Of a stretch of 62,667 bases of DNA, positions 9,867-19,302 are shown piece after piece. Every line of letters begins with the position of its first letter. Within the stretch, counting starts at the first letter, position 1. Below the pieces are notes generated by a model. It did no database searches, was not told where the DNA came from, and saw only the letters and a program-made list of their open reading frames with translations. The translations under genes were made by a program, and so were the position numbers. Source of the stretch: a virus (Duplodnaviria; Caudoviricetes); IMG/VR virus record IMGVR_UViG_3300012942_000003, positions 1-62,667 of that record; one strand, 5' to 3'.

Positions 9867-10124
9867 ATGAAGCTCATGCTTGAGTGGCTGTCCACCCATG
9901 GTGACCAAGCCAGCGGCGTCACCGTGCTGCTCATCATCTCCATCCTGGTCATCACCGACCGTCTGGTCTGGCACACTCGGCTGAAGAAGGCCGAGGCCCG
10001 AGCCGACAAGCTGGAGAGGATGCTCTTCGAACTGATGGGGATCGTCAAGCCGACCAAGGTGGCTCTCGAGACCACTACCGAGGCACTGACCAAGCTGCCC
10101 ATCCCTAGGGGTTCTGAGGAGTAA
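9867..10124 (+). CDS. Membrane protein (lysis cassette)
   Basis: One transmembrane segment followed by a coiled coil. Confidence 0.7.
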   Translation: MKLMLEWLSTHGDQASGVTVLLIISILVITDRLVWHTRLKKAEARADKLERMLFELMGIVKPTKVALETTTEALTKLPIPRGSEE

Positions 10125-10126
10125 TC

Positions 10127-10321
10127 ATGGGGCTCTTCTCGAAGCGCAAGGATCGACTTCAGAGGGAGCTGAAGGAAGATCAGCGGTTGGATGCTCTCGG
10201 TGAAGAGGTACACCAGATCATCGAGGAAGCTAACGAGCTCTCCCATCGACTGGAGGAGCGTGCCAGCAAGAACACCTGGACCGCCGGGTGGCTCGAGATC
10301 GCGAAGGGACTGGGAGAATGA
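10127..10321 (+). CDS. Small hypothetical protein (lysis cassette)
   Basis: GAGGAG RBS; helical; coupled to the next gene. Confidence 0.7.
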   Translation: MGLFSKRKDRLQRELKEDQRLDALGEEVHQIIEEANELSHRLEERASKNTWTAGWLEIAKGLGE

Positions 10322-10629
10322 GCTTCGTCTCTGAAGTAGACTTCTGGAGGCATGCCTCCATTCTGGTGGGAGGCATCGGTCAGACCACGTTCCTCATTCT
10401 CTACCTGAGGATCATCGACTGGAGACTCGAGCAGGCTCGAGCTCTGTTCACCATGGCCTTTGCTCTGGCTCTTCTCACCGACACCGCGTCAGTGGGAGCT
10501 TGGCTGGACTGGCCCGGTGAAGACACCACGATCGTAGCCCTCTACTGGGTTGTAGCGGTGGCCATCTACGTCCAACTCATCACCTTCGTCATCCAAAGAG
10601 TCAAGTACAGAAGGGAGCATCACCGATGA
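10318..10629 (+). CDS. Holin-like membrane protein (about 3 TM)
   Basis: Three hydrophobic segments immediately before the endolysin. Confidence 0.65.
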   Translation: MSFVSEVDFWRHASILVGGIGQTTFLILYLRIIDWRLEQARALFTMAFALALLTDTASVGAWLDWPGEDTTIVALYWVVAVAIYVQLITFVIQRVKYRREHHR

Positions 10630-11285
10630 CCCTCAAGATTCTCCAGGGTCCCAGGGCCAAGCATTTCGGGGGTCACAACGATCCCACGATGTGGACTCTG
10701 CATGCCACCGTATCCGCCACCCGAGTCGGCGGAGCCATGGCCACGGCCAACTTCTTCCACACCGAAGAGCTGCCGACTTCGGCTCACTACGTGATCGACC
10801 CGAAGAACATCGTTCAGTGCCTGCCCGAGAACGTGGTCGCCTATCACTGCGGTCACAACCAGGACAGCATCGGGATCGAGCTCTGCATCTACCCCCTGCT
10901 CGGCTCCATGACCAACTGGCTGAAGCCGAAGTCGAAGCGGAAGAAGCTCAAGCAGCACCAGGCCGTCGCGCCCATCACCTGGCTCCGTCCCCGCGTCCGC
11001 CGGATGCTTCGCCTCGCCGCCAAGCTCACGGCCGAGGGCATGCACAAGCGGGGTGTGGAGCCCACCTTCCGGGGCGTCGCTCAGCTCAAGACGTGGGAGC
11101 GGAATCACCACGACAAGAAGTACGGCGGGGTGACCACCCACAACAACATGAGTCAGGCCTTCCACGAGTCCACTCACTGGGACCCGGGCGCTTGGCCTCA
11201 GAACGCTTACATGAAGATGCTTCGTCAGGAGTACGCGGCTCTTCAGAAGTCCAAGAAGGCTCCCGCCAAGGGCAAGGGCAAGTGA
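10626..11285 (+). CDS. Endolysin, N-acetylmuramoyl-L-alanine amidase (Amidase_2)
   Basis: TLHAT, SAHYVID, AYHCG, SIGIE, TTH and HWDPG zinc-amidase motifs. Confidence 0.9.
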   Translation: MTLKILQGPRAKHFGGHNDPTMWTLHATVSATRVGGAMATANFFHTEELPTSAHYVIDPKNIVQCLPENVVAYHCGHNQDSIGIELCIYPLLGSMTNWLKPKSKRKKLKQHQAVAPITWLRPRVRRMLRLAAKLTAEGMHKRGVEPTFRGVAQLKTWERNHHDKKYGGVTTHNNMSQAFHESTHWDPGAWPQNAYMKMLRQEYAALQKSKKAPAKGKGK

Positions 11286-11482
11286 TGGCCGCCCCCGCTC
11301 GCAAGAAGGCCGAGTCGATCGAGATCCATCCCCAGGTCGCCTCCGAGATGCTTCAGCTTCGTGCTGCTCTCGAAGAGGCTGAGGTCATGCTCCGCTTCAC
11401 TCGGGATCGGCTCGTGACCGCGAACGCCCAGATCCGATCTCTCAACGAGGAGATCAAGAGATTCAAGGAGAACTCCGAGTGA
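11285..11482 (+). CDS. Small coiled-coil protein
   Basis: TGATG coupling; helical heptads. Confidence 0.65.
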   Translation: MAAPARKKAESIEIHPQVASEMLQLRAALEEAEVMLRFTRDRLVTANAQIRSLNEEIKRFKENSE

Positions 11483-11787
11483 ACATCGATCTCAGCAACA
11501 TTCTTCCGTCCTTCGTTCGGACGGTCGTTCCGATCATCTACGGCTTCCTGATCCAGGTCGGCGTCGGTGACTGGTTCGGCCTCGACGGGGACGCCCTGAA
11601 GTACATCATCGCGGTCGTCGTGACTGCTCTGATCTACCTCGCCATCCGCATCCTCGAGCACTTCATCCCCGCTGCCGGCATCCTGCTCGGCTACGTCAAG
11701 ATGCCCGAGTACGAGTCCTCGACGGTCGTCGCCACGAAGGCCGCTGTCAAGGGCGCCAACAAGAAGCAGGCGAAGAAGCTTACCTAG
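11479..11787 (+). CDS. Holin
   Basis: SFVRTVVP motif, 2 TM segments, basic C-terminus, follows the endolysin. Confidence 0.75.
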   Translation: MNIDLSNILPSFVRTVVPIIYGFLIQVGVGDWFGLDGDALKYIIAVVVTALIYLAIRILEHFIPAAGILLGYVKMPEYESSTVVATKAAVKGANKKQAKKLT

Positions 11788-11800
11788 CTCGGCCTTACAC

Positions 11801-11845
11801 CAAGAGGCCCCCGAACTCGTCGATCGCGAGACGGGGGCTTTCTTG
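11801..11845. terminator. Intrinsic terminator between convergent transcription units
   Basis: CAAGAGGCCCCC...GGGGGCTTTCTTG hairpin ending in a T-rich tract. Confidence 0.75.
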
Positions 11846-11935
11846 TGAGCATGATGCTCGATCATCGAGTCAGGGATGCCGATCAGGCAATCCCAAAGAC
11901 TTCTCCAAGCGATCCGGATGGGGTGACGGGCATCA

Positions 11936-12421
11936 TCATGCGATCAGCATGCCGTATCGGTCCCTGAGCTTCCCAATGAAATCCCGTGCTTCTTGAACAT
12001 TGCGCGGGTCGTTCCAGAACGCGCTCGCCCCGCTCGGGTGTGGAAAGTTCCAGATCTCCACTCGAGACTCGAGCTGGGGAAAGCTGAGAGCCTTACCCTT
12101 GAAGAAGGGTGACTGATGTCGGGTGAGCGCCTGGAAGACGGAGTGACCGCAGGCGAGCACCACCGAGAACTCGGAGGTGGCTGCCCAGAGTTTCACCAGG
12201 GCAGTGGCTCGGATCATCGCGGCCTCTCGGTCGAAGGAGTCACCTCTCTGGAACTTGACCGCCGGCACATCGACGAGGTTCTGAAGATCGGCCAGACGGT
12301 TCAACGCCTCCCAGTGCTGGACACCGAAGAGATCGCAGAGTCGTCTGCCGCTTGGTCCGGTGAATGGTCTGCCGTCCCCCTGTCTGGAGGGGGCCTGACC
12401 GACGATGTGAAAGTCGTTCAT
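11936..12421 (-). CDS. Stand-alone uracil-DNA glycosylase superfamily protein
   Basis: IVGQAPS motif A, PFTGPSG.RL, VLACG and FPHPSG motif B. Confidence 0.8.
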   Translation of the reverse strand: MNDFHIVGQAPSRQGDGRPFTGPSGRRLCDLFGVQHWEALNRLADLQNLVDVPAVKFQRGDSFDREAAMIRATALVKLWAATSEFSVVLACGHSVFQALTRHQSPFFKGKALSFPQLESRVEIWNFPHPSGASAFWNDPRNVQEARDFIGKLRDRYGMLIA

Positions 12422-12630
12422 CTTGACCGCCGGAGTACCACCACATCCTTCGTGACGAAGGAGCAGGGGGTAGAGTGCAGCTTCGGTTGGTTGCAGTAGA
12501 AGGAGATGGTCTGGAATCCGGGCAGTCCCTTGATGGCCACGTTGATCTGACCTATCGGTTGACTGCATTCGTTGAGGGCGTTCCGTCGGATGATCGACTT
12601 GGCGTCATCCGAGTACTCTTCGTTGGGCAA
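12418..12630 (-). CDS. Hypothetical protein
   Basis: GAGGAG RBS, ATGA overlap with the UDG-like gene. Confidence 0.6.
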   Translation of the reverse strand: MPNEEYSDDAKSIIRRNALNECSQPIGQINVAIKGLPGFQTISFYCNQPKLHSTPCSFVTKDVVVLRRSR

Positions 12631-12732
12631 GCTAGTTGTGCTCCTCGGTCTTGCCAGGAAGCCCCCGAGTGACGATCACTCGAGGGCCCCCTGGGGTTCT
12701 TGCAGGCTGGCGAGGCCGGCGGGTGAGAAAGG

Positions 12733-13281
12733 TCAGTCCTCGTCCTCGTCGAGCTCGAGGTCCTCGTCCTCGTCCTCGTCGGGCTCCGGAGCAGCCTTCT
12801 TCTTGGCGGCGGTCTTCTTCGCCGGCGCCTTCTCCGAGCCGTCGTCCTCGGCCTTCTTGGCGGCGCGCTCGGCGTCCTTCTTGGCCTTCAGAGCCGCGAG
12901 CTTCTCCTTCTTGTCCTCCTCGAGCTCGCCGTCGGTGAAGGCCTTGATGATCGCCTTGACCTCGGGGTCGTTCGGGCCGCTCCAGTCGTAGCGGCTCCGG
13001 TTGCCCGGGATGACCTCGCGGTTGACGCGACCGGAACCGTCGCGCGCCATCTTGCGGATGAGAGTGCGCAGCTCGCGGGTCGTGACCTCCTCGCCGGTCT
13101 TCTTGGAGATGAGCTTGGCGAGGTCGGCGACGCCGAAGGTGACCTCGTCGGAGGCCGCGGACTTCTTGCCCTTGGGCTCCTCCTCGACCTCGTCCTCCTC
13201 CAGCTCCTCGAGCTCCTCGTCGATCTCCTCCGGCTCGGGGGCCGGCTTCGACTTCGTGCTCTTCTTGGCAGTGGCCATCAT
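12733..13281 (-). CDS. Small HTH DNA-binding protein with acidic and Lys-rich tails (paralog 1 of 4)
   Basis: GVADLAK...TRELRTLIR...PGNRSRYDW core; strong RBS; optimal codons. Confidence 0.75.
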   Translation of the reverse strand: MMATAKKSTKSKPAPEPEEIDEELEELEEDEVEEEPKGKKSAASDEVTFGVADLAKLISKKTGEEVTTRELRTLIRKMARDGSGRVNREVIPGNRSRYDWSGPNDPEVKAIIKAFTDGELEEDKKEKLAALKAKKDAERAAKKAEDDGSEKAPAKKTAAKKKAAPEPDEDEDEDLELDEDED

Positions 13282-13334
13282 GTTCTCCTGTTGTACTGAT
13301 GCGAAGTTGCCCCCGAATGGGGCGGTGAAGTAGT

Positions 13335-13363
13335 ACTCTATGCGATCTGAAGCTGGCTGTCAA
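13335..13363 (-). promoter_or_regulatory. Leftward sigma70-type promoter
   Basis: TTGACA-N17-TAGAGT on the minus strand. Confidence 0.7.
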
Positions 13364-13401
13364 GGAAACCTGGCACATCGCTCTTCCAGCTCCAGATGCC
13401 G

Positions 13402-13430
13402 TTGACAGGGCAGGGGGAGTCTTATAGCAT
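13402..13430 (+). promoter_or_regulatory. Rightward sigma70-type promoter (divergent pair)
   Basis: TTGACA-N17-TAGCAT. Confidence 0.72.
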
Positions 13431-13469
13431 GCGAGGCATGAATGATCGCTCGCCCGCGATGGAGAAGCC

Positions 13470-13997
13470 ATGGCCGGCTACCTCGTAATCAGATTCGAGA
13501 ACGACGACAAGGCCAAGCTTCTCATGGAGAAGCTGGAAGAGGCCCCTTCTGCCGAGGTGGTGGGTTGGTACCGAACCCCCACCACTTTCTGCGATGGCTG
13601 CCCTGGCCCCGACAAGATCGTCATCAGCAAGTTGGGCGTAGTTCACTGCGCCTACTGCAAGAAGCCTCGATCCGATCGCTGGCACACTCTCAAGAATCAG
13701 CTGGAAGACCCCGAGCTTCTGCCCAGCAGCATCGGCATGCGTATGCTCGCGATCGAGGTGTGGGAGCCTCACCAGAATGACCCCGTCGACCAGACTCGAC
13801 CTGAGTATATCGAGAAGAGAAACCGAGAGATCCGAGCATACTGGACCATCAGCAACGTGAAGTCTCACCCCGACGCGGGGGGAGGGGGGATAGGAGGACT
13901 GGGTGCCTCTCCCAACCCTAACAGACGATCGAAGAGAAGAAGAGCTCGCAAGAGCAGGAATCCCAGAACCATGGGAGAGGCGTTGGGGGAAGAATGA
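13470..13997 (+). CDS. Zinc-binding hypothetical protein
   Basis: CDGC and CAYC pairs. Confidence 0.75.
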   Translation: MAGYLVIRFENDDKAKLLMEKLEEAPSAEVVGWYRTPTTFCDGCPGPDKIVISKLGVVHCAYCKKPRSDRWHTLKNQLEDPELLPSSIGMRMLAIEVWEPHQNDPVDQTRPEYIEKRNREIRAYWTISNVKSHPDAGGGGIGGLGASPNPNRRSKRRRARKSRNPRTMGEALGEE

Positions 13998-14281
13998 GTA
14001 GGCTGGTTCTGATCGAGTTCGAGGACAAGGACTCTGCCCAGTCCTTCGTGATGAACTCCCACATGCCCGAGCAACTGGGTTACGAGGTCAAGGGCATGTG
14101 GTTCCTGCCTCGGAAGAAGATCTGCGAGTGCCCTGGAAGGGCCAACGTCAAGAACTGGAGCAGAGCCAATCGGTTCTCAGTTCCTGTCTGCGTCAAGTGC
14201 GGCAAGCCCTCGAACTTCTGGGCCAAGGGTCTCATGACCCGTCTCCAGATCGCTCTGGGCATCAACCTGATCGAGGAGTGA
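13994..14281 (+). CDS. Zinc-binding hypothetical protein (paralog of the upstream gene)
   Basis: CEC and CVKCGKP; N-terminus similar to 13470..13997. Confidence 0.75.
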   Translation: MSRLVLIEFEDKDSAQSFVMNSHMPEQLGYEVKGMWFLPRKKICECPGRANVKNWSRANRFSVPVCVKCGKPSNFWAKGLMTRLQIALGINLIEE

Positions 14282-14282
14282 C

Positions 14283-14444
14283 ATGGAGCTCGAAGTCTCG
14301 GAGGGGGCCTGTAACTGCCCCTTCTACCACGACCCTCACACCTTCACCATCGTGACCTCGGGCTTGTCTCGAAAGCCCATGCTGATGATCTGCGAGGGCA
14401 CCTTCCCCGACAAGGCCAAGCCCAAGTTCTGGGAACGCAGGTGA
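14283..14444 (+). CDS. Small hypothetical protein (53 aa)
   Basis: GAGGAG RBS; fills the gap; GTGA overlap with the next gene. Confidence 0.55.
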   Translation: MELEVSEGACNCPFYHDPHTFTIVTSGLSRKPMLMICEGTFPDKAKPKFWERR

Positions 14445-14809
14445 GAGTGCTGGTCTGCGGGAGTCGGAGATTCGACAACCGTGACAAGCTCTTCCACACC
14501 CTCGACGAGCTGAACGCCTCTGCCCCAGAGTTTCTCGAGATAGTCTCGGGAGGGGCTCGGGGAGCAGATGAGCTGGCTCGTGAGTGGGCCGTGAAGAACG
14601 GGGTGGATCATCACATCTTCTACGCTCGCTGGGAACAGGAGGGCAGAAGCGCGGGTCCTCGACGGAACCAGCGGATGATTGACACTCGGCCGGACGTCGT
14701 GATAGCGTTCAAGCCTCACTCGGTCGGGCCCACCAAGGGCACCGATCACATGCTTCGTCTGGCTCTGAAGGCCAGGTGGAAGATCTCGATCAAGGAGGTG
14801 TATGGATGA
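14441..14809 (+). CDS. SLOG-family protein (DUF2493/YspA-like)
   Basis: RVLVCGSR, SGGARGAD, AGPRRNQRM and GTDHM motifs. Confidence 0.85.
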   Translation: MRVLVCGSRRFDNRDKLFHTLDELNASAPEFLEIVSGGARGADELAREWAVKNGVDHHIFYARWEQEGRSAGPRRNQRMIDTRPDVVIAFKPHSVGPTKGTDHMLRLALKARWKISIKEVYG

Positions 14810-15087
14810 GCAAGACTCGTCCCGGCAGTGTGCCGTGGCTCAGAACCAACGAGATCATGCTCGCCGCCGACTTCAGCACTGCCAAGATCAGAGAGTCTCA
14901 GATCTGGGCCGCCCGTCACCGCAAGTGCTCCAAGTGCGGAGCGGCTCCATACACCCCCTGCAAGAACCTGAACCAAGTAGCCAAGGTCGGTTTCGAGAAA
15001 GCCGCTGCGTGCAGATATCCACATCCGGATCGAATCGACTACGAGCTTCTCTACCGAAAGCTGAGGGATCGTGGATACTGCGACTAA
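14806..15087 (+). CDS. Zinc-finger protein
   Basis: CSKCGA..YTPC...HPDR. Confidence 0.7.
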   Translation: MSKTRPGSVPWLRTNEIMLAADFSTAKIRESQIWAARHRKCSKCGAAPYTPCKNLNQVAKVGFEKAAACRYPHPDRIDYELLYRKLRDRGYCD

Positions 15088-16639
15088 GAAGCGTCACAAC
15101 ATGTACCGTAGGACGTACAAGTTCAAGACCAAGCCCTACAAGCACCAGGTACAGGCGCTCAAGTTTCTGATGTCCACCGGCTTCGGCGGAGCTCTGCTCA
15201 TGGAGCCCAGGACCGGCAAGACCAAGACCGCCATCGACTACATCTCCATGCTCCATCAGGCTGGCCACGTCAACCGGGCTCTCATCATCTGCCCCAACGG
15301 GGTCATGGGGGTGTGGGAGGAGGAGATCCCCAAGCACTGCCCCTTTCCTCACACCGTGACCGTCTGGGACAAGAGGAAGCGCAAGCGGGATAGGGTCAAG
15401 CAGAAGAACACTCTGCCCAAGTATGGCCGAGATCGTCTCGACTTTGTGATCGTCAACTATGACGCAGCTTCTGTGCCTGGAGCCATGAAGCGGATCACTC
15501 GGGGCCCACGAAAGGGTCAGATGCGTCGTGTTCGGCAGGGGGGCCGCTTCCACTTCAAGGAGCGAATCTTGGCTTGGGATCCTCAGATCATCGTTCTTGA
15601 CGAGAGTCACCGCATCAAGTCGCCCACGGCCAAGAAGAGCAGAGTTATCCATGAGCTGGGTCGGAAGGTTGACTACCGACTCATCTTGACGGGGACCGTG
15701 GTCACCAAGAAGAAGCGAATCTTCGACGTGTTCTCTCAGTGGCGATTCTTGAACCCCTGGAGGTTCGTCGATGACACTGGCTCCCAGATGAACTTCAGCG
15801 AGTTCAAGAGTCACTTCTCCCGGGTCATCGAGAAGAATGGCTATCCTCAGTGGGTGGGCAACAGAAACGAGGATGAGCTTCACAAGCTGATGCACCTGGA
15901 TGCCTTCTCGGTGCTCAGGGAGGATTGCTTCGATCTTCCCCCACTCACCGAGCAGGTGATCCCGGTCGAGCTCGAGGAATCGGCACAGGCGTACGACCAG
16001 ATGGCTGAGGACATGGTCGCACGGATCCGAGATGGAGAGGTGACAGAGGCAAGCATCGCTCTCGTCCAGAGTCTTCGACTTCGTCAGATCTCCAGCGGCA
16101 TGGCCAAGATCAATCCCACCAAGGAGCATCCCGAGGGCGTTCTTCGCATCATCGGCAGCGAGAAGTTGAGTGTTCTCGAGGATCGCTTGGAAGACCTCAT
16201 GGAGGCCGGGGAGCATGTGATCGTCGGCGCGACCTTCAGAGGCGACATCGCTCGAATCGAGGAGCTCTGCAAGAAGCGGAAGTGGCTCAACTTCACAGTT
16301 CAGGGGGGAGTCCCCATCACCGAGCGTCACCGCATGAGGAGGGCTTTCGAGGGAGCCTCGGAGGGGGCGGTCTTCATCGGCAACCCCGCAGCAGCTTCTG
16401 AGGGCATCGACCTTCGATCCGCCGCCATCATGATCTGGTACTCGTTGCCCAACTCCTGGGTCCACTACCGTCAGTTCATGGATCGAAACGCTCTTCATCC
16501 GGGACCCAGGTTCGTCGAGTATCTGCTGGCCTCTGGAGCAGATCGACTCGTGTATGAGACTCTCATGGAGGATGGTGACATCGGCAAGCGGATGATCACG
16601 TCCCCCGAGCGCTTACTCCGTGATGAGGAATCCGAGTGA
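15071..16639 (+). CDS. SNF2-family DNA helicase (start may be ATG 15101)
   Basis: EPRTGKT, DESH, LTGT and EGIDL motifs. Confidence 0.92.
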   Translation: MDTATKKRHNMYRRTYKFKTKPYKHQVQALKFLMSTGFGGALLMEPRTGKTKTAIDYISMLHQAGHVNRALIICPNGVMGVWEEEIPKHCPFPHTVTVWDKRKRKRDRVKQKNTLPKYGRDRLDFVIVNYDAASVPGAMKRITRGPRKGQMRRVRQGGRFHFKERILAWDPQIIVLDESHRIKSPTAKKSRVIHELGRKVDYRLILTGTVVTKKKRIFDVFSQWRFLNPWRFVDDTGSQMNFSEFKSHFSRVIEKNGYPQWVGNRNEDELHKLMHLDAFSVLREDCFDLPPLTEQVIPVELEESAQAYDQMAEDMVARIRDGEVTEASIALVQSLRLRQISSGMAKINPTKEHPEGVLRIIGSEKLSVLEDRLEDLMEAGEHVIVGATFRGDIARIEELCKKRKWLNFTVQGGVPITERHRMRRAFEGASEGAVFIGNPAAASEGIDLRSAAIMIWYSLPNSWVHYRQFMDRNALHPGPRFVEYLLASGADRLVYETLMEDGDIGKRMITSPERLLRDEESE

Positions 16640-16669
16640 TTGACGCAGGGATTTGATGTCTGATAGACT
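16640..16669 (+). promoter_or_regulatory. Promoter for the nucleotide-metabolism operon
   Basis: TTGACG-N18-TAGACT. Confidence 0.62.
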
Positions 16670-16699
16670 TCGGATGATCTCATAAAACCGAGGAGTTGA

Positions 16700-17239
16700 A
16701 CGACCATCATCATCGTTGAAGGCCCCGACGGCGGGGGCAAGAGCACTCTGGCCAAGCACATCTCGACCGCGTTCGATCTTCCTATCTCTCCCCGAGTAGT
16801 GGACAAAGACACGAACTCCATGGTCGATCTCAAGAGGTGGACCGAGAACAACGTCTGTCTGGGCTTCCAGAAGAAGATCTTCGATCGACACCGGCTCATC
16901 TCTGAGCCCATCTATGGGTCGATCATGCGATCCAACTTCGAGCCGGGCTTCGGCGATCTGACCTGGCTGCACATGGCCTATGCCAACTTCTACAACCACT
17001 GTAAGCCGCTCATCATCTACTGCTTGCCTAGCTATGATGTCGTCCGAGCCAATCTCAAGGAGGACGAGGACAACCGAACCGTCTTCCCCAAGATCCGTCG
17101 CATCTACTCTCTCTACGTCTCGGCCGCCGCTCGAGACCTCTCTCTGGGTCGCGCCATCTGGTACGACTACACCCAACACTCGCCGATGATGATCCACCCC
17201 TGGATCAACAAGGCTCTGGAGGAACTCGCCCATGTCTGA
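16700..17239 (+). CDS. dNMP/thymidylate kinase-like P-loop protein with apparent ACG start
   Basis: In-frame IIIVEGPDGGGKSTL upstream of the called GTG, plus IFDRH..ISE..YG; in-frame TGA at 16697-16699. Confidence 0.82.
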   Translation, partial: TTIIIVEGPDGGGKSTLAKHISTAFDLPISPRVVDKDTNSMVDLKRWTENNVCLGFQKKIFDRHRLISEPIYGSIMRSNFEPGFGDLTWLHMAYANFYNHCKPLIIYCLPSYDVVRANLKEDEDNRTVFPKIRRIYSLYVSAAARDLSLGRAIWYDYTQHSPMMIHPWINKALEELAHV

Positions 17240-18041
17240 TTCCACTCCCGGCTGTACCTACACCCGTCCTGACGGGTCCATCTGCGGACTCGACAACGAC
17301 AACAGCACTCACGACGCGCTGGAACATACCGGCCATCTTAGCCACAGCTATCAGCCTGCACCCAGCGTCGGTGAGACGGCTCGAGCCGCGGGCGAGGGTC
17401 TGATGGAGCAGCTCCGCAAGCTCAGCGTCCACACCCAGCTCGGAGGGGCCAACTCGGGTCCGTACCCCTCGCTTCACCTGAACGCTGGCCCCTTCCGCGA
17501 TCCCCTGACCGCTCCCGAGCAGATTCCCCTTCTGTTCGGCACCTGGCTCTCGGAGACGAAGAGGCTTCAGGAGTCGTTCTTCATGCACCACTATGGTCAC
17601 GAGAACTTCAGGGAGCTTCAGCAGGCTGGGGAGCAGGCCATGGCCGCCTACCTCAAGGAGCAGGCGTTCTCGATGTTCAGCGAGGTGAACGAGTTCACCG
17701 GCGAGTTCTCGTGGAAGCCCTGGGCCAGCGCCTCCTTCGTGAACCGGGACCTCGCAGTTCAGGAGCTGATCGACGTGCTCCACTTCGTCGCCAACGCCCT
17801 CTGCGCTCTGGGTGTGGACATGAGGGAGCTCAACCTCAAGTACTCCGAGAAGATGAGGGTGAACGAGGAGCGACAGAAGGCGGGCTACACCGGTCTCGAC
17901 AAGTGCTCCGAATGCCATCGGTCGTTCGATGATGTGGCCAAGGCTCGGGGGCTCCGGGTGGATGAGGTCAAGGTAACCAAGTTCAACCTCGAGAAGCCTC
18001 AGACCATCATCTGTCTCAACTGCGCGGTGGGTGAGTCATGA
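17232..18041 (+). CDS. MazG-like/dimeric dUTPase-type nucleotide pyrophosphatase
   Basis: SEVNEF...WKPW...QELIDVLHF...KMRVN..RQ; C-terminal CxxC pairs. Confidence 0.8.
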   Translation: MSDSTPGCTYTRPDGSICGLDNDNSTHDALEHTGHLSHSYQPAPSVGETARAAGEGLMEQLRKLSVHTQLGGANSGPYPSLHLNAGPFRDPLTAPEQIPLLFGTWLSETKRLQESFFMHHYGHENFRELQQAGEQAMAAYLKEQAFSMFSEVNEFTGEFSWKPWASASFVNRDLAVQELIDVLHFVANALCALGVDMRELNLKYSEKMRVNEERQKAGYTGLDKCSECHRSFDDVAKARGLRVDEVKVTKFNLEKPQTIICLNCAVGES

Positions 18042-18223
18042 CCTTCGACTTCGGTCCTCAACCCCCTCCAGAGCCAGAGGCCCCCCTCTGGTTCAAGGTG
18101 CTGGTCTGGGTCGTGGCTGGAGTAGGTACGATTCTGGTCCTGGTCGTGATCGTTCTCACCCTGCTCTTCCTGCTTCTTCATCTCATCCAAAGCGTGACCA
18201 ACCTGATCGGAGATCTTCTGTGA
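18038..18223 (+). CDS. Small membrane protein
   Basis: Long hydrophobic segment; coupled on both sides. Confidence 0.65.
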   Translation: MTFDFGPQPPPEPEAPLWFKVLVWVVAGVGTILVLVVIVLTLLFLLLHLIQSVTNLIGDLL

Positions 18224-19239
18224 GGACTTACAAGGCCCCCACCATGACGGCATTGCACGACATGCTCTGCCAGTCCCTGTTCGAGGCCAAGCCGGATGAG
18301 CTCGATCTCATCTCGAGCGTCGATGTCCAGATCCACGACGTCATCGCCGAGGCCGACTCGATGGTGTGGGACTTCGACCTCAAGGATCTCTGGCTTACCA
18401 AATCTCGATGGACCATGATGGTGAACCAGTACATCGACGCCGATGAGCTCGAGGTCTGGATCAACAAGGTCACCTCTCGCATCGGCACGACCGGTCGAGG
18501 AGTGGCGGTCATGCGAACCAAGATCGTTCAGCCTCGGGGAGGCAAGACCAACTCGGAGACTCGGCGATGGGGCTCCTGCATGTTGGCTTTCAGCTACAAG
18601 GCTCTGCCCCGGCCTCAGATCACCATGATCTCTCGAACTTCCTACCTCGGCTACATCGGAGCCCTCGACATGACCGTCGCCTGGATGGTGGCTCGCTACC
18701 TGGGTGAGGCTCTGGGCCTGGAGGTCGAGGACTTCAGCTTCGTCTGGATGAACCAAGCTCTGCAGTGGCACAACTTCAAGAGTCTCGCCTACCTGCTCTC
18801 CCATCACGACCCCGAGCTTCGCAAGCACTACCGCCGGCTCATGACCAAGAAGCTGGAAGATCTGGAGCCCGATGAGCTGGCCAAGCTCGAGCAGGCTCCC
18901 GGCCTCGCCATGACTCGCAAGTGGGTCAACAAGATGATGGATGAGGACCGATCCAAGACTCACTATGGTCAGATGACCTACAACACCTATCGACGCATTC
19001 GTCGTCGCTGGCACACCGAGATCTTCGGCTACGAGTTCGCTCAGCGGTTCGAGGGCTGGTCTCTTCACAAGAAGGGCCCCCAGGAGGGGGAGCAGAAGGA
19101 GTTCTTCAAGGCCTACTTGCCCCTTCCCAACTGTCCAGTCTCCACTCTCGACCTGGGTATGTTGGTCAAGAAGGGCGCCGATCTGTCGGGCCTCCCCTTC
19201 GCCGGCGAGGAAGAACTGGATGACGATGATGATGAGTGA
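18220..19239 (+). CDS. Divergent thymidylate-synthase-fold protein
   Basis: WGSCM...ITMISRTSYLGYIGALD aligns with ThyA PC...RSxDxxxGxxxN/D. Confidence 0.6.
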   Translation: MRTYKAPTMTALHDMLCQSLFEAKPDELDLISSVDVQIHDVIAEADSMVWDFDLKDLWLTKSRWTMMVNQYIDADELEVWINKVTSRIGTTGRGVAVMRTKIVQPRGGKTNSETRRWGSCMLAFSYKALPRPQITMISRTSYLGYIGALDMTVAWMVARYLGEALGLEVEDFSFVWMNQALQWHNFKSLAYLLSHHDPELRKHYRRLMTKKLEDLEPDELAKLEQAPGLAMTRKWVNKMMDEDRSKTHYGQMTYNTYRRIRRRWHTEIFGYEFAQRFEGWSLHKKGPQEGEQKEFFKAYLPLPNCPVSTLDLGMLVKKGADLSGLPFAGEEELDDDDDE

Positions 19240-19302
19240 CGCCCTCGCATCATCCCAGCGATCCTGACGACTTCCCAAAGCACTTCCAAGGAGCAACCAG
19301 CA

